Shown here: positions 27,280-40,600 of the stretch, in pieces | Numbering within the stretch: position 1 is the stretch's first letter | Layout: every line of letters begins with the position of its first letter | NCBI GenBank assembly: GCA_008632985.1 | Contig: QPGO01000057.1 | Location: 124,001-188,000, forward strand | Direction: 5' to 3' | Length of the DNA stretch: 64,000 nt | Origin: Psammoneis japonica | Taxonomy: Eukaryota | Position numbers and translations under genes: made by a program | Notes under the pieces: model-generated | What the model was told of the DNA's origin: nothing | The model's input: only the letters and a program-made list of their open reading frames with translations | Databases searched by the model: none

Positions 27280-27509
27280 CGAGATTGACGGATGAACGAC
27301 GGACCCACTACTGGCAACTACGTGATGCTACGTGTGGCTTTTTGAGGTCGTGATTTTTGGTCTGTCTCGCGTCCGATTCAACAGATTTTTCCAAGATTTC
27401 TATTTTCCCAGATTTTGCCCAGATTCTTCCAAGATTTTGCTCAGATTTTCATCTGAGGATAAACACGATTTTCACCACAAGCTCACAACGTACACAACGT
27501 GCTGCAACC

Positions 27510-28481
27510 ATGGCGTCAACAGAAAAGCCAGCGGCGGGAAGACAGATTCCTATAGTATGTCCAGGCCATACTCGTCCCTTAGCTGAGCTTCAGTTCCGCT
27601 CCATCGACAAGAGCATCATGCAAGAGGAATCCGACAGAACGCTGCTCGTGTCGGCGTGTCACGACAAAATGCCCATGATGAGAGACGGGACTACGGGAGA
27701 TTGGATCGGAACCTTTGCAGGACACAAGGGTGCTGTTTGGTCGTGTCGTTTGGATCCTTTGGGGCTCTTGGCTGCTACGGCTAGTGGAGACTTCATGGTC
27801 AAAGTGTGGGATGCAATTACGGGGAAAGATTTGTTCACCTTTCCTCATAAGCACGTTGTCAAGACGTGCGACTTCTCACCCAATTCAAAGCTCTTAGCTA
27901 CGGGAGGACACGAAGGTATTTTGCGAATCTACAACTTGCTAGAAGAAGAACAGTCGAAACCGATTGAAATTGTTCAGAGTTCTGAGAAAAAGGTTGCTAT
28001 TACGAAATGCAACTGGCTTGGAGAAAACACCGTGTTGGCTGCGGCAAACGATGGTACGGTAAGATTCTGGAACATTCAAACCCAACAACTTGTATCGTCT
28101 GTTCAAGTCACTGCAGAAGTTCGTGATATGGAGTTAATCACAACTACGGATAACAAAAATCTATTGACTGTCGCTGCCGGAGACAAGGTTTCCTTTTTTG
28201 ACTTAAGCAACAATTCCTTGCTTCATTCCTACAAGATGCCCATTCACTTTCGTGAAGAGGGCGGAGCGTCGCTTCATCCATCCGGAAAGAAATTTGTTGC
28301 GGGAGGGAGTGATTTATGGGTTCGTGTCTTTGATTTTGATACGGGTGACGAGTTGGAATGCCACAAGGGGCACCACGGACCGATCCGGTGTGTCAGGTAC
28401 GCGCCCGACGGTAAAACGTACGCGACTGGATCCGAAGACGGAACCATTCGTCTGTGGAAGACTAATCCTGACGAAGATTAA
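27510..28481 (+). CDS. STRAP: STRAP/UNRIP WD40 protein
   Basis: PIVCPGHTRP, LVSACHDKMPMMRDGTTGDWIGTFAGHKGAVWS, GHHGPIRCVRYAPDGKTYATGSEDGTIRLW. Confidence 0.93.
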   Translation: MASTEKPAAGRQIPIVCPGHTRPLAELQFRSIDKSIMQEESDRTLLVSACHDKMPMMRDGTTGDWIGTFAGHKGAVWSCRLDPLGLLAATASGDFMVKVWDAITGKDLFTFPHKHVVKTCDFSPNSKLLATGGHEGILRIYNLLEEEQSKPIEIVQSSEKKVAITKCNWLGENTVLAAANDGTVRFWNIQTQQLVSSVQVTAEVRDMELITTTDNKNLLTVAAGDKVSFFDLSNNSLLHSYKMPIHFREEGGASLHPSGKKFVAGGSDLWVRVFDFDTGDELECHKGHHGPIRCVRYAPDGKTYATGSEDGTIRLWKTNPDED

Positions 28482-28722
28482 GTCAGAGTTATTCTCATCC
28501 TGGTGGACTTGGGAAACCAGGATAAAACGTAAAGGAACTCTTACTCAAAATAAAGCAGCATCGAACGTGATCGAGACAATTGCGTTCTAAAACTTGGGGA
28601 GTGCCTTATGTAGTAGAGGTTGCTACTCATACCATTTACACTGATGATCACACCAACAATTCATTGCTCTCATGAAAAAGTCACGTGCAAGTCACGCTCA
28701 CAGTTATCGATGCACAATCCAT

Positions 28723-29861
28723 CTATCCCTTGTAAGGCTGCAGATAGCAACTGGCAAGGAAAAAGAAAAAGTTCTCAATCGAAAACACCACCGAGGGTGT
28801 CCACTTGAGTCCCTGGTATCTAAGAGGAATGATTGAATACACGATAATCTTTGCCATGATCCAAATCCCCAGACCCAACAACCACGCCACCTTGGAGTGA
28901 CCTCCAGATGCCTTGCTGTACAAGGAGAACCCTTCCATGTCATCGGTGTTCACACCACGAAAGGTCAGCTGGCCAATCAACATGAGCCAGTTGAACATAC
29001 CCAAGTACTCCAGGGCGGGAGGGAATCCAACACCAGCCAAAGTAAATATACCCCAACGTCTAGCTTGTGCTGTCAAATGCGGTCGATCGGGTTTCACCAC
29101 CAATCCCTGTGTCCACTTGGGAGCTTCCCATTCCTTGTTCTTATTCTTTGGCTGATCAACATCGTCCGCTCTGAAAATCATGACAGAGAGTAGACATATA
29201 GATTAAGTTAGTTTATCCAGAACAAGAAACAAAAGAACGACCATATTCGTCATGAATTCAAACTCACCCCTCTTCTTCAAACGAAGACATGGCTCGCGCC
29301 TCCTTATTCTCGGATGTAATACCAGAAAGTCGCTCATTCAATCGAATTTGAAGAATCCTATCTTTTGCAATTTCAATTTTGATTTTCTTCTTTTGGTCCG
29401 ACCCAGCTCGGGCAATTAGCATGTTGGTGGCTTCTGTAAGCTCTTCGTAGGTGGAATCTTCTGCAATTCCCAACTCTCTGTGAAGCTTGGCACTTTCAAG
29501 CTTGAGACGACGAGCCTCGCGTTCCTTTTCTTTCTTTGCATTCCAAGGAAGCTTATTAAAAGGATTCGAAATAGCGGCGCCGTGTAGTGCAGTGGCGCTG
29601 TTGAGACTAGTTGATGCTGTTGTGTATATAGAAGATGGAGAAAGAAGAACACAACGAACAAGTCAGAATTTCATCTACTCAAGCAATACTTTCATGCAAC
29701 TTTTCCGATGTCACTGGAAAAGAATAGCTTCATACTCAATGACGAAAACGAGATTACCACTCACAGCGAAAGAGAACTGAACGGGAAGCTTGGTGTCTCG
29801 TCGCAGGGGCAAACGCCGCAACTGCTGCCGCCATGGCAACGATGCCACAAATTACTCTCAT
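28723..29861 (-). CDS. CPP1-like (chaperone-like protein of POR1) plastid membrane protein, multi-exon
   Basis: Signal peptide ending VAAFAP; LGIAEDSTYEEL...KIEIAKDRILQIRLNERL (J-like); C-terminal TM segments. Confidence 0.65.
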
Positions 29862-30282
29862 TTTTTTGTTTGTGCAATATAAAGATGAACTTGATTTCGC
29901 TTTTGTTGAGTTAAGTAGGTCCAAAAAAGGCTTTAACTGGTCGATCACAACAACAGATGGGCCTTTGGTTGCAATGGTCAACGGTGATGAACGATGCGAG
30001 TGATGCGAGATTGTGGAGGACAAACATCAGGACCAGGTACGTAGGAACTGGTATTAATTACACGTGGATCCTGGTTGAAGTTTGCGCAGGCTCAGAACCA
30101 TTTTTTTGAAATTCCAGGCGGAAGTTCAGTTACTTCCGACTTGTTCGATTCAATTTAACTTGAGGAACACGTCATCCGCCACCCACGAAAAATCGGCACG
30201 ACCACTTTCAACTTGCGCTCCTTTGCCCTGTTGCTCGTTTTGGTATCGCAACTCGCAACCTTCTCTGTCGGTTAATATAATC

Positions 30283-31402
30283 ATGATGATGAAATGCAAC
30301 GCAGCCCTTGTGGCGCTCTTAGCTGCGAATCTGACTGTAGGCAGTGACGCCTTTCTTTCGTGGAGCCCGTCGTTTGCTCACAGACAACAGGTCTCTGCCA
30401 ACTTGGTCCCTCCTCAGGTGGAAGAAATTCAGGAGGAGCTTTGTCTCGACGCAGTTTCTCGGTTAAAGCAGGTTCCCGTCCCGGTATCGGAGAGCGTGAG
30501 TGCATCCGGTGAAGTTGGAATTTCATACGTTCACTGGCCGGCTGAGAAGAAAACCTCGTCCCATCCACTAGTTTTGATCCATGGATTTGACTCGTCCTGT
30601 CTAGAATACAGACGATTGGGACCACAATTGGCCGCCCGAGGGATTGATACTTATGCCGTGGATTTGTTGGGTTGGGGATATACACAGCTGGAGGACGTGG
30701 CAGATTTTTCTGCCAACGCCAAGGTGGACGCCCTCAAGGGATTTGTTCAGACAGTCGTGAAATCAGCAGACGTGTGCATTGCCGGTGCAAGTCTCGGCGG
30801 GGCTGCTGCTATTGAGTGGGCCTCAGCCCACCCCGAAATTTGCAAGGGGCTCGTTTTATTAGACGCTCAAGGCTTTGTGGACGGTGTTGGACCAATGGCA
30901 ATGCTTCCAAAACCTTTGGCCCAATTGGGAGTTCAAGTGCTAAAAAGCGTCCCTCTTCGCTCTTCTGCCAATCAAATGTCTTATTTCGACAAGGAAACTT
31001 ACGCTACAGACGACGCTGTAAAAGTCGGACGCCTCCACTGTCTTCGTGATGGATGGAATGATGCTCTAGTCTCGTTTATGCTCAGTGGTGGCTTTGCTCC
31101 CTCAAAGAAGGTCCCAACTATCGAGGCACCTTCCCTCGTTCTCTGGGGACGACAGGACGGGATTCTCGACGGCGAAGAATTTGCAACCAAGGTAATTTTT
31201 CACTGTTTTCGATATTTTCGTCAGCATACTCCATCGTCCTGAATCCTCAACATTCTCTTGCCTCCCACACCCCACTCTACATCAGTTCATTGAGACGCTC
31301 CCAAAAGCTGAGCTACAATGGATTGAGGAATGCGGTCACGTCCCTCACCTTGAGCAACCGGAAGAAACAGCTGACGCGATTGCAAAGTTTTTGCGCCTCT
31401 AG
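30283..31402 (+). CDS. Alpha/beta hydrolase, probably plastid-targeted
   Basis: VLIHGFDSS, GASLGG nucleophile elbow, LWGRQDGIL, ECGHVPHLEQP. Intron 31192-31285. Signal peptide ending SDAF. Confidence 0.92.
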
Positions 31403-31589
31403 AGGGAATCACTGTGCGCAAAAGTGTCGATAAACATGTCTATGTATTGAAAAATCTAATATTCTAATTTCAAATTCGCATACTGTACACATAGAGGAAA
31501 AATGCTTCAGTTATCTACCTATCTTGCAGAAGCTTTGGAAGGACATAAAGTCGGCTTCTCAAGCTTGGATGCGCAAAACTGCGTACAGA

Positions 31590-34500
31590 TCATAGAGACA
31601 AAAGAAGTAACATGAGCGCTGTGGGGGCAGAAAAGAAGAAGGAGACGCACGACGCTGCAGACGGCGGCGGCGAAGAAGAAGCATCAGCATCTGAGGGCGG
31701 TGAAGAAGGCTGTGATGACATTAGAGAAGATGATGTAGATGTTGATGGCACCACGAGAGAGATGGAGCAACAGAAGTTGTCGGCACATTTGCAGGCTCCC
31801 AAGAGGCCAATTCATGCCTTGGGAATGGATTTGGTCGCAAGTGGGTGGTCTCGTGGGCGGAGGAGTTGCTGGTGTTGGTGGAATGGGGCTTGTCGGAGGC
31901 AAGAACACTGGCGGTGCTGTGACCGGACTCGCAGTTGGGGTCTGACAGGCTTCCTCTTTCCAAAGACAGTCAGGTCCAGTTGTGTCATTGGTCGACGGAA
32001 ACTCCTTGTTCAGGTCTGGAGCAATCTCAGGGAAAGATCTTGATTCGTCGATGAGCAGTGTGTGCGTTTCAGTGTCTGCTGTTGCTGCACCAGTGTTTCC
32101 ATCACTTCGAAATCCGTTTGTCATTAGAAGCAGGCCCAATGGCGCTTCATTTGTCTGGGGCAAAAAGCCACTTCCAGAAACTTTCAAGCCCAGCGTTGCT
32201 CCAGGTGGGACGTCGTATGATGGTGCCGAAAACGATGGCTGATTTGCTCTGATCAAACTGGAGTCAACAAAATCAGCACCGGAAAGCGACATTGGAGCAT
32301 CCATTGATGTGATCACAGTTGTGAAGAACTCATCGGGTGAGCCAACATCTGCGGAGCAGACCCTCAAAATGGCATTGCAAGAATTTGAGGAGTTGTCGGG
32401 TGGAAAGCCCGTGCAAGTCCGTTCACCAGAGAAAAGGTCGCCAACAACGACTTTTACATCGCTTCAGCCTTCAAAGTCATTGAAAATGCAGCATTGTGCA
32501 CCGCCGGAGGCAGTCGCATGAATGCCAATCACAACACTTTTTGGATTCAACAACTCGTGTCTTTCCCACATGTTTGCCAAGAACTCAAAAACAAGTGGGC
32601 ACCCCACATCACCCACGTCCAAAGCACGGAACCCCACTGCACGAATGTCACCTTTTGCTTTCTCTCCATGATTTGTTTTGCTTTCATCGTGGCTGAGAGC
32701 TGCAAGATCAAAAGCTTCCAATTGCACAACACCTGCTCCAAAGTTTTGGACTGCAACCACTGTTGCAGAAGTTGCTCCCGGCTCCCAAGGCAAATTTCCG
32801 GTGGAAATTGTGGCATTCGCTGCCTTTCGCAAAAGAACATGAAAAGGTGATGTCACTTCATGCCCAGTGGATGCAGATTGCACTGTGACATGCCCGTCAA
32901 ATTCATTTGCATCTAAGGCATCTGAACATCTCAGGGAAGGATTGCCGCCGACCCCTGTGTGATTCGTCGGGGCCTTGCTTGCGTCAATTTTGAAGTCAAT
33001 TGCTGCGCGTGTCTCGTCGTTGCAGCCACTGAGGGCCACGCGTTGTGGAAACATGGGTGCTGCAACTGCACCACTGGCGGCATCGTCTGGGTCTCGAAAC
33101 ACAGCACTGACATCGAGAACATTCAAACTGTCCAAAAGACTCACAATTTTGATTGATCAAGAAACAGTGATGTCAGAAGCCACATTCACTGGGCCCAAAC
33201 TCAAGAAGGGCTGAACATCTCCTTCATCTGGTGAATGTGCCCAGAAGTTGGCATTGAGGCTTTCTCTTGTTCTCAGTTTGCTCGTGCCCCCAAGAGTTGC
33301 AGGTGCAGTTGTGTTGGTTGTTTTGCCACAAGAAACAGACCAAAAAGCATTGTTCATCAAGATTGCTTTGAGTGCCAATTGACTGCATGATGGGCATCGC
33401 TCTTTGAGAACAGCAGCTGCTCCTGCAACCACAGGTGCCAAAAAACTTGCACCACACATGGCTGCCATCTCAACACCAGTGCTTGCCGTGGCAACGCATG
33501 ATCCAGAAGGTGCAGAAACATCTGGTTTTGTTGCATTGTTTTCACCAGGGCCACGAGAAGAATGAGCCTCCATGGTTTCTCAAAAGCCTGGATGGCCGCT
33601 GGGATGCTCGGCAGCCGCCACCACCATTCTGTTTGGAGAGCCAGCCACAGGACCCATGACATGTGGATGATTTCGCCAATTTCCTGCTGCAATGACAGCA
33701 AGAGTCCCCAGCTCAAATGCTTGTTCAACAGCAAGGGATTTCGAGTCATGAAATGAAGCCAAGCACCTGCTGCCGAGTGACATGTTTGTGATGTCCACCT
33801 TGTCCTCAATGTCAGCATCTCAGTTTGGGTCCATTGGTGCATGTTCCAAACCTGTTGATGGAAAACATGAAATGAAAAGAGTCAGCAGCATGATTTTGCA
33901 GAGATTGACAAAGTTGCAATTGTCAACATTCGGTGCCCCTCGAGCAAGAGCAAAATTGGGACACAGCTGCCCTGAACAAACTCAAACAGCAACCAACGAG
34001 GCATCAGGAGCAATGGCAAGAACCGCTGACGCCACTGCCATTCCATGACCTTGTGGCTTGTCAATGGGATCCATGTCCGGGACAGCGGTTGTTCCAGATG
34101 GAGCACCAACAAAGTCACATCCATCGACAATGCGTTTGGTTGGAAAGAACCTGTCCCTGTCAGCTGGTCGGGTGCAGGCATGTGCACATCATGCTGGACT
34201 TCCTGACCCACCCATCACTTGATGGGTGCAGTCAATTCCTGAATCTAGAACAGCAACCTTGACTCCCTTCCCGGTGGTGCAGAATTCTTCATGTGCCGCC
34301 TGCACCCCTGCTTGTTGTGCAACTTCTTCCAGACTGATTTCATGCGTGTGATGCACCATGGTTGATTTGACGCCATTGAGGGATTGCACCTCTTTGTCAC
34401 TTCCAGGAGGCAAATCGATGTGGACTGTGTTTGCAAGCTTCTGTGCTCTGGCCACAACTTGAGTGGCAGGGATTGTTGCTTGAATTTCCGTGATTGCTTT

Positions 34501-34821
34501 GTCTTGCTGTTCCCTTGCTTGTTCGACACACGTTGTTCCCTTTTCTTCGCACAAGAAAGCTCGAGTTTCAGAGCATTCTACAGTGACAACTCATGAGAAA
34601 TCTTCATCCTCATCTTCTTTCCCTTGCTCTGCCAGCTTTCGATTGTTTCTCCGACCGTTGATGTTCCCGCACATTTCATGCATGTCATCAGGGATCTGCT
34701 TCTCTTTTGGCGTGCGACGATTGCATCGCTGCATCAACAGCTCTTGCAGACTGTCATCAGATGACACTTGGATCAACAAAGCAGCCAACAAACAAAAGAT
34801 TTCCAAATGCCGCACCATCAT
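31590..34821 (-). pseudogene. Subtilisin (S8) protease pseudogene with signal peptide and C-terminal hydrophobic tail
   Basis: GKGVKVAVLDSGIDCTH (canonical IDYTH), QGHGMAVAS (HGT), GASFLAPVVAGAAA (GTSxxAP), IAAGN. Multiple stops and shifts. Confidence 0.88.
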
Positions 34822-34879
34822 GGCACTGTGAAGCAGGGGCATGCTTGCTTGACAGACAAGTCGACGGCGACAGAGAGTG

Positions 34880-35804
34880 TGAATGGGAAATGCAGACAAT
34901 GAGCCGTCGAAAGGATGAATTCTACGAGCATTTCATCGAAAAAGCCCTCGTTGCTCTTGAGTTCATCAATTGGTTGTAAAAAGTCAGCAGAAACAAAAGG
35001 TTGGACCACGGTGTGTGCGTTGAGCATGTCGAATCATTTCTGGAGATGAGAGACAAGTCAACTCCACAAATCTGTTTGGCTGGCACTCCGGCCTTTGTCA
35101 GAGACGGCACCAAAACGCCTGGTCCACAACCTGCATCCAAGCACTTGCCGCCACTCCCAATCGCATCGGCAATGATGGAGCATGCGTGATTGACCCGTTC
35201 TTGCATCTCGGCTGGCATGTTTCCTGTTGGAGCATGGGCGGCCTTTGCATCAGCCGATGCATCCCAAGTGAGCCTTTGGAACAGGTTGTGCAGCAGCTTG
35301 TCTGAAAGTTCTGATGGATGTTGCTCACAAAGGGCACGCAGCTGTTCCTTGGCACGTCTTGCGCCCTCCATGTCTTGGGGAGGTAACTTTGTTTGTTGCA
35401 AGATTGGCATCTTCAAAATGTGTGCATCCCATCGTTTTGCTTGCTGGCACAATTGAGCAGCTGTCTGAACATGCTCTGGCAGTTGCTCATGGCTTTCTGA
35501 ATGCGCTCCGATGTGCCACAAGCCACATCACCACCACATTGATCCAACAATTGTTCCTTTGCACATTTGATGTCCTTGGTGCTCTTCTTGTTTTGTGCCG
35601 GAGCTCTTCCCAAAGCCTCCACCTGCGCCGCCTCCAAATCCCTGGGCACACAAGACAACGCGACGTCTTGTTGATGTCTTCAGAAAACATGGTGATGCTT
35701 GCCAAATCCGCGATGCAAAAAAGCCATGCACACCATTGCCAGAGCTGACGCCAAGCAACAACATGAAAAAAAAACAGAACAACGCATGGCGGGTCCGATC
35801 TCAT
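34880..35804 (-). pseudogene. Class I SAM-dependent methyltransferase pseudogene
   Basis: KCLDAGCGPG motif I and ICGVDLS...SPEMIR motif II, with frameshifts. Confidence 0.75.
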
Positions 35805-37099
35805 GGATGATTTGTGATGAGAACGATGGACGGTGGCATCATTGCATCACATCATCACATGTTGTCATCCAACATCACACATCGCGCATGCACGCGCTCA
35901 CAGGAGGCAACGAGACGAGAACAAGCAGCAGGCGCATGCTGCGGCACAAAGCAGCAGCCACACATCTGTTGAAAGGGTGGTGATGGCACCCTCAAAGATG
36001 AGCACCTGTCAGAAGCATCTTTTGCCAGCGGCGCTGCTTTTGTGGACAACCAAGTTCCTGTCCACACTGCAAGCAGCCTGCATCTTTGCGAGGTTCTTTG
36101 AACAAGAAAGGTCAGTGCCGGAGTGCACAAACATTGCATGCTTGCCTCTTTGTGGGAAGTGGTGGCTCCGAGTGCACTCACCACAGACATGATTGCAGGC
36201 CCTGGGATGACCCACAAAAGTTCTTCTCTTTGCCCAGTTTGCCAGCAGGGCGGCACACTCCTCACACATTTTGTTGTGGAAAAGGCAGCCAACATTGGCA
36301 GCGCATTGGCTGGGAAGGCAGCAGCACATGTTGTGGGACTTTCATGAAGAGACCCATGGACCATGAGCTGAATGCTTTTCCCATTGGGCACCAGACAGCA
36401 ACAGGATTTTGTGCTTGTTGTCCCATCAAGAAGGGCTGGAAATGTGATGGCTCTTGCCTCCATTGGAATGCCGTCTTTGCTCGTTGGCCACTGTGATTCT
36501 GAAAGAATGGCTGCAAACAGATTTTGGTGGATTGATCAAGTGGCTTGCAGGCACTTGACTGGAAATTGGGTGCCAGATGCAGAAACAGCAGAGCCCTGGT
36601 CAAATGAGTTGCAAGAGGACACAAACACATGCAAAGCACTCCCCCAGAATCTCCCTGTGACAGGTGCAATGTTTTTTTTTTTGCTGCTCAGAAAAGACAT
36701 GCAGCACAATGACTCAGGGGTCACCCAACACTTTTCATCCAAAGGCAAAGAAGCTGTGCTGAGTGAGGATCTTGATGATTGCTTGAGGCCAGTGAACCAT
36801 TTTCAACAAAATTTGCATCAGCAGCGACAAGGCCTTGCAATCTTCTGAACTTGCCAATGAAGGCAGCAACATTGCAGCCACTGCAAAGATCAGTTCCTGC
36901 ATTGCCAAGAGGCCAATGTGTCAATGCACAGCAGCCAAACCTCCAATCATTGCAAGCATCAAAATGTTGAAAAGAAAAAACCAAAAGAGGGAGGTGGCAA
37001 GCTGTTGCAAGACACAATCTCCATGTTCAAAATGAGCATGACATTGAAGTGTCAACTGCACACATGAAATGGGAGAGAACAGGCACCACAATCATTTGC

Positions 37100-40000
37100 T
37101 GATGAAAAAAGAAATGATGCAGAAAAACACAACAAGCTCAGAAGGACAAAGACTTTCATGTCCGCCAAAAGAAGAGCTGCTGAGGCTCTGTTGTGGGGAT
37201 TGGGGATGCAAGGAGAGCAATGAACTGCAGGCAAGTGATTGGCAAAATTGCCAAAGCTGATGCAAAAGCTGGAAATTTGCTGAAGGCAATGATGCCATGC
37301 AGCAAAACAAGCTGCCAATGGTCATGCAAAATGCAAAGCAAAGTGTGAAAGAATGGATGCACAGCATGAGCAACTGCAATGGTGCTGAGGACAATGACCA
37401 TGATGAGCACAGCAAAGCATTGGAGACAATGGGCCTGGCATGGTTGGCTCTTGCCATCATGCCATGGCATTTGGCTCAAAAGCCAAGCATGCTGGGCATG
37501 CTTTTGCTGTGTGCCAGACTGTTGCGCCAGCTGAAGACAATCTTCGGGTGGGCCTCTCTGCAATGCTGCTGGGTGCATCAGGCCCAACCCAGAGGATGCA
37601 ACCCAATGCACAAAGTCTGCGCATGCTTGACAGCAGGGGTGCGGTGGTGCAAGGAGGTGGGGATGTGGGCCAAGCACCAACTTGAGAGTGGGTTGTGTGC
37701 TGAGAGAGCCCCCTTCAGCAACAAGTTGAATCTTGAGCACCACACACCATGCTTGCTGCAGCTAGCCAGGGCAGTCAGCACCAGCCAAGTTTCCAAAATC
37801 ACCACTGTAAGAAGATGGGGACTGCCCCAATGCTGGTGTCCCAGCCATTTTGCAAACATCTGGCACACAGCTTGTTGTTTTCTCTGACAATGAAAGTTGC
37901 TTTTGAGGAGATGTCTGAAGCAACATGTTGTTCTCTGACTCTCCCTCTCATTGCATGGTTGAAAGATCTTGAGAGTGCACTGCATCATGCTGGTTGAAGG
38001 TCAGTGGCCTGCGCAAGATGGAAAAAGAGGCAACATTGCCTCTTGCCAAGAATGCGCAACACCAGTGTCTCTCCAACAACCAACTCTGGGTGGAGCAAGG
38101 GTGTGAGCTGACTCCAAGGCAGCTTCCAAGTTGGAGTCAATTCCACCCAAGAACTCCACAGCCTGAGCCAAACAGCATGCCACCAAACCACCAACACAAC
38201 TCTTGGCTGTTCTTTGCACAGCCCTTGATCCACTGAACTTGCTGGAAGCATCCAACTCAGATTTGCACCCACTGATCAAAGACAACAGCTGGCTGCATCA
38301 GTGTGGGAATCCAGGTTTCATGCTGCCCATGTGGTTTGCCTTGTCCGCATCCACCAAATCATGGTGATCCTGCTCAAAATGTGAGCTGCTCTCACATGTC
38401 AGCTCATCTTTGGCAGAAACTGTGCCACACTCCTCCTCACTGTGCAAGATCGTGCATTTTTGCTTCAAACCAGCACAGAAGCAGCAGAAAGGGTTGTCCC
38501 ATTCTGTGCTGATGTTGACCTGATCAGCACACATGACAACAAATGGCTCAAGAAAGTGCAGTTTGGACACAACTCTTGGAGCCACTTGAGTGCATGGGCC
38601 TGCAAGCCAATGCCAACAAAACAAAACAAAACAAAATTGCAGCCTGCACACCTGGCCAAATCAGCAGCAAGGTGACCTCTCCAACACATTGTCAATGGTC
38701 AGAGGGTGCAGCATTGTCAAAGATGCCCCCCCTGATGGCATCCTGATTGTTTTGCAAAAATTTGATGTGGCTTGTTGTTCTCTGACTCTCACCCCTCATT
38801 GCATGGTTGGAAGTTGAGCACAAGCAGCACAGGCAAAGGTTGATGGCCTGCACAGGAAAACAGAATGAAGTGGCCTCACTTTTTGGAAACCAATCTTCCA
38901 CCTGTCAGAGGCACACCAAAATTTGCAACACAACTGGTGCCCCAAATGAACAGCCCAAAAGAGCACAAGGAGGTGAGACAAACTGGCATCAATCCTCACC
39001 AACTCCACAGAGCCCAAGCCAGACAAGAGAATGACACCAACCCACACAACTCTTGGTCACTCAGCAGCTCCTTCTGCTCTAAAGTTCTCACTTGAGACAT
39101 CCATCACATGTTTGCAACTGCTGTTCAAAGACAATGACATCAGTTTGTGGGACCCAATTTGCAGACTCTCGCCCATTCTTCATCTGGTTGTCTGCCAAAC
39201 AAGTCATGGAGATCCTGCTCAAAATGTGAGCCTGTCTTCAGCTCTTTCCTCAGATCCTCAGAGACTGTGTCACACTCACACTGTGCAAGTTTGCACACCA
39301 TTTCTCTGCTGTGACCAAAGAAACAGTCATGGAGTGGATTGTCCTGTTTTGTGCTGATGGTGGCCCAATCAATGTGCACACAACAATGAACAGCTCTCTC
39401 CAGAGAGTGCTCAAGCAACTCTCGGAGCCACTCCAATGCATGCTGGGTGCCTGCGTAAACCACCAACAATGCCAACAAAACCAAAACCATGGCCATCACA
39501 CCTGACTGCATCAGTGGCCAGTTGGTCCACCAACACATTGTGAATGGCTGGGGAGAGCACAGCAGTGCCAGCCTGCTGAGCAGCACACAGGTGTGCAGAA
39601 ACATGTTGGGTCAGTGTCCAGAGTGCAGGAAGAAGTGTGCTTGCTGCTGTGGGATGATCTCTGGACTCAACATGCCTTGGCTTCTCTTTTGGACAGAGCA
39701 GGCCAGGCAGATGCCCCTGGGCATCTGCCAGTGGAGCATTGGGCATTGGGTGAGGTTCCCGTGCACAACCTTCAGGGTTGTTCATCATCCTGTGGACACC
39801 CACTTGTGCAAGCCTGTGCTGCTGGGCAACCCAAATTTTGCAAGAAAGAATGTTTTGACAGCATCTCAACTTGCAACATCTCAATGACTCCATGTGCATC
39901 CTGGAGGAGGGCTCTTGCCCTCTGAAACAATGCAAGTTGTGCAAGAGGATGTGTGTGCTCTGTGTGCCATCCAAGCTGACCCCACAACCCAACTCTGCAT

Positions 40001-40600
40001 GTTGCCAAAAGGGGAGGGGGGACAAGGCCAGTTGCAGCAGCGTGGGGCACTCAAGTTGGCACACACCCAGCCCAAGAAATTGTCTCATCAGGGTGCGGCA
40101 CTCCTCTCCAGGAGGTTCAAACCTTTTGACATGTCTCAAGCACTTGCTGCCATGCACCCCCCCTCAACCCAGCCAAGGTGTTGCAAAAGTGCTGGTGCAG
40201 ACCCACTGTGCACAATCAGCTTCACTTTGTGGGTCAACGATGTGGAGACCACCACTCCCCAGGTGCTCAAAGCACGTGATGGGTTCCATCAGAAGGTGGT
40301 GTGTCATCTTTCTGACAAGCAGGAGCCACACAGTCTCTCTTCCTGATGCCAGGAGAGGATCACACGGAGCTCCACGTGTGGAGATTGCAGGCCAGTGTTT
40401 GATTGGATGCTGCATCAGGGTCCAACAGGGTGCACTTGTGGAAAGCATTTCCACCCAACCAGCCACCTGGATCTTTGAAAAGGTGCAGAGAGGCTGCCAC
40501 CAGGGTCCTCCACCAGATGCCAGCTCTGGTGTGGAGGAGGACACACACAGTGGGCAGGGGAGATTTTGTCTGCAATGGAATGGGTGTGGCTCAACAGCAG
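37100..40600 (+). mobile_element. Decayed non-LTR (LINE-like) retrotransposon with two tandem RT-core segments
   Basis: DLESA; GVEQGCELTP; FCADV and LFCADGG (YADD-derived); GLQANANKTK; SLCGSTMW (LYGSETW-like); DGFHQKV. Confidence 0.65.

Noticed and set aside
34880..35804. Methyltransferase as the enzyme behind the pattern
   Set aside because: It is itself mutated, appears organelle-targeted and shows no DNA-methyltransferase motifs.
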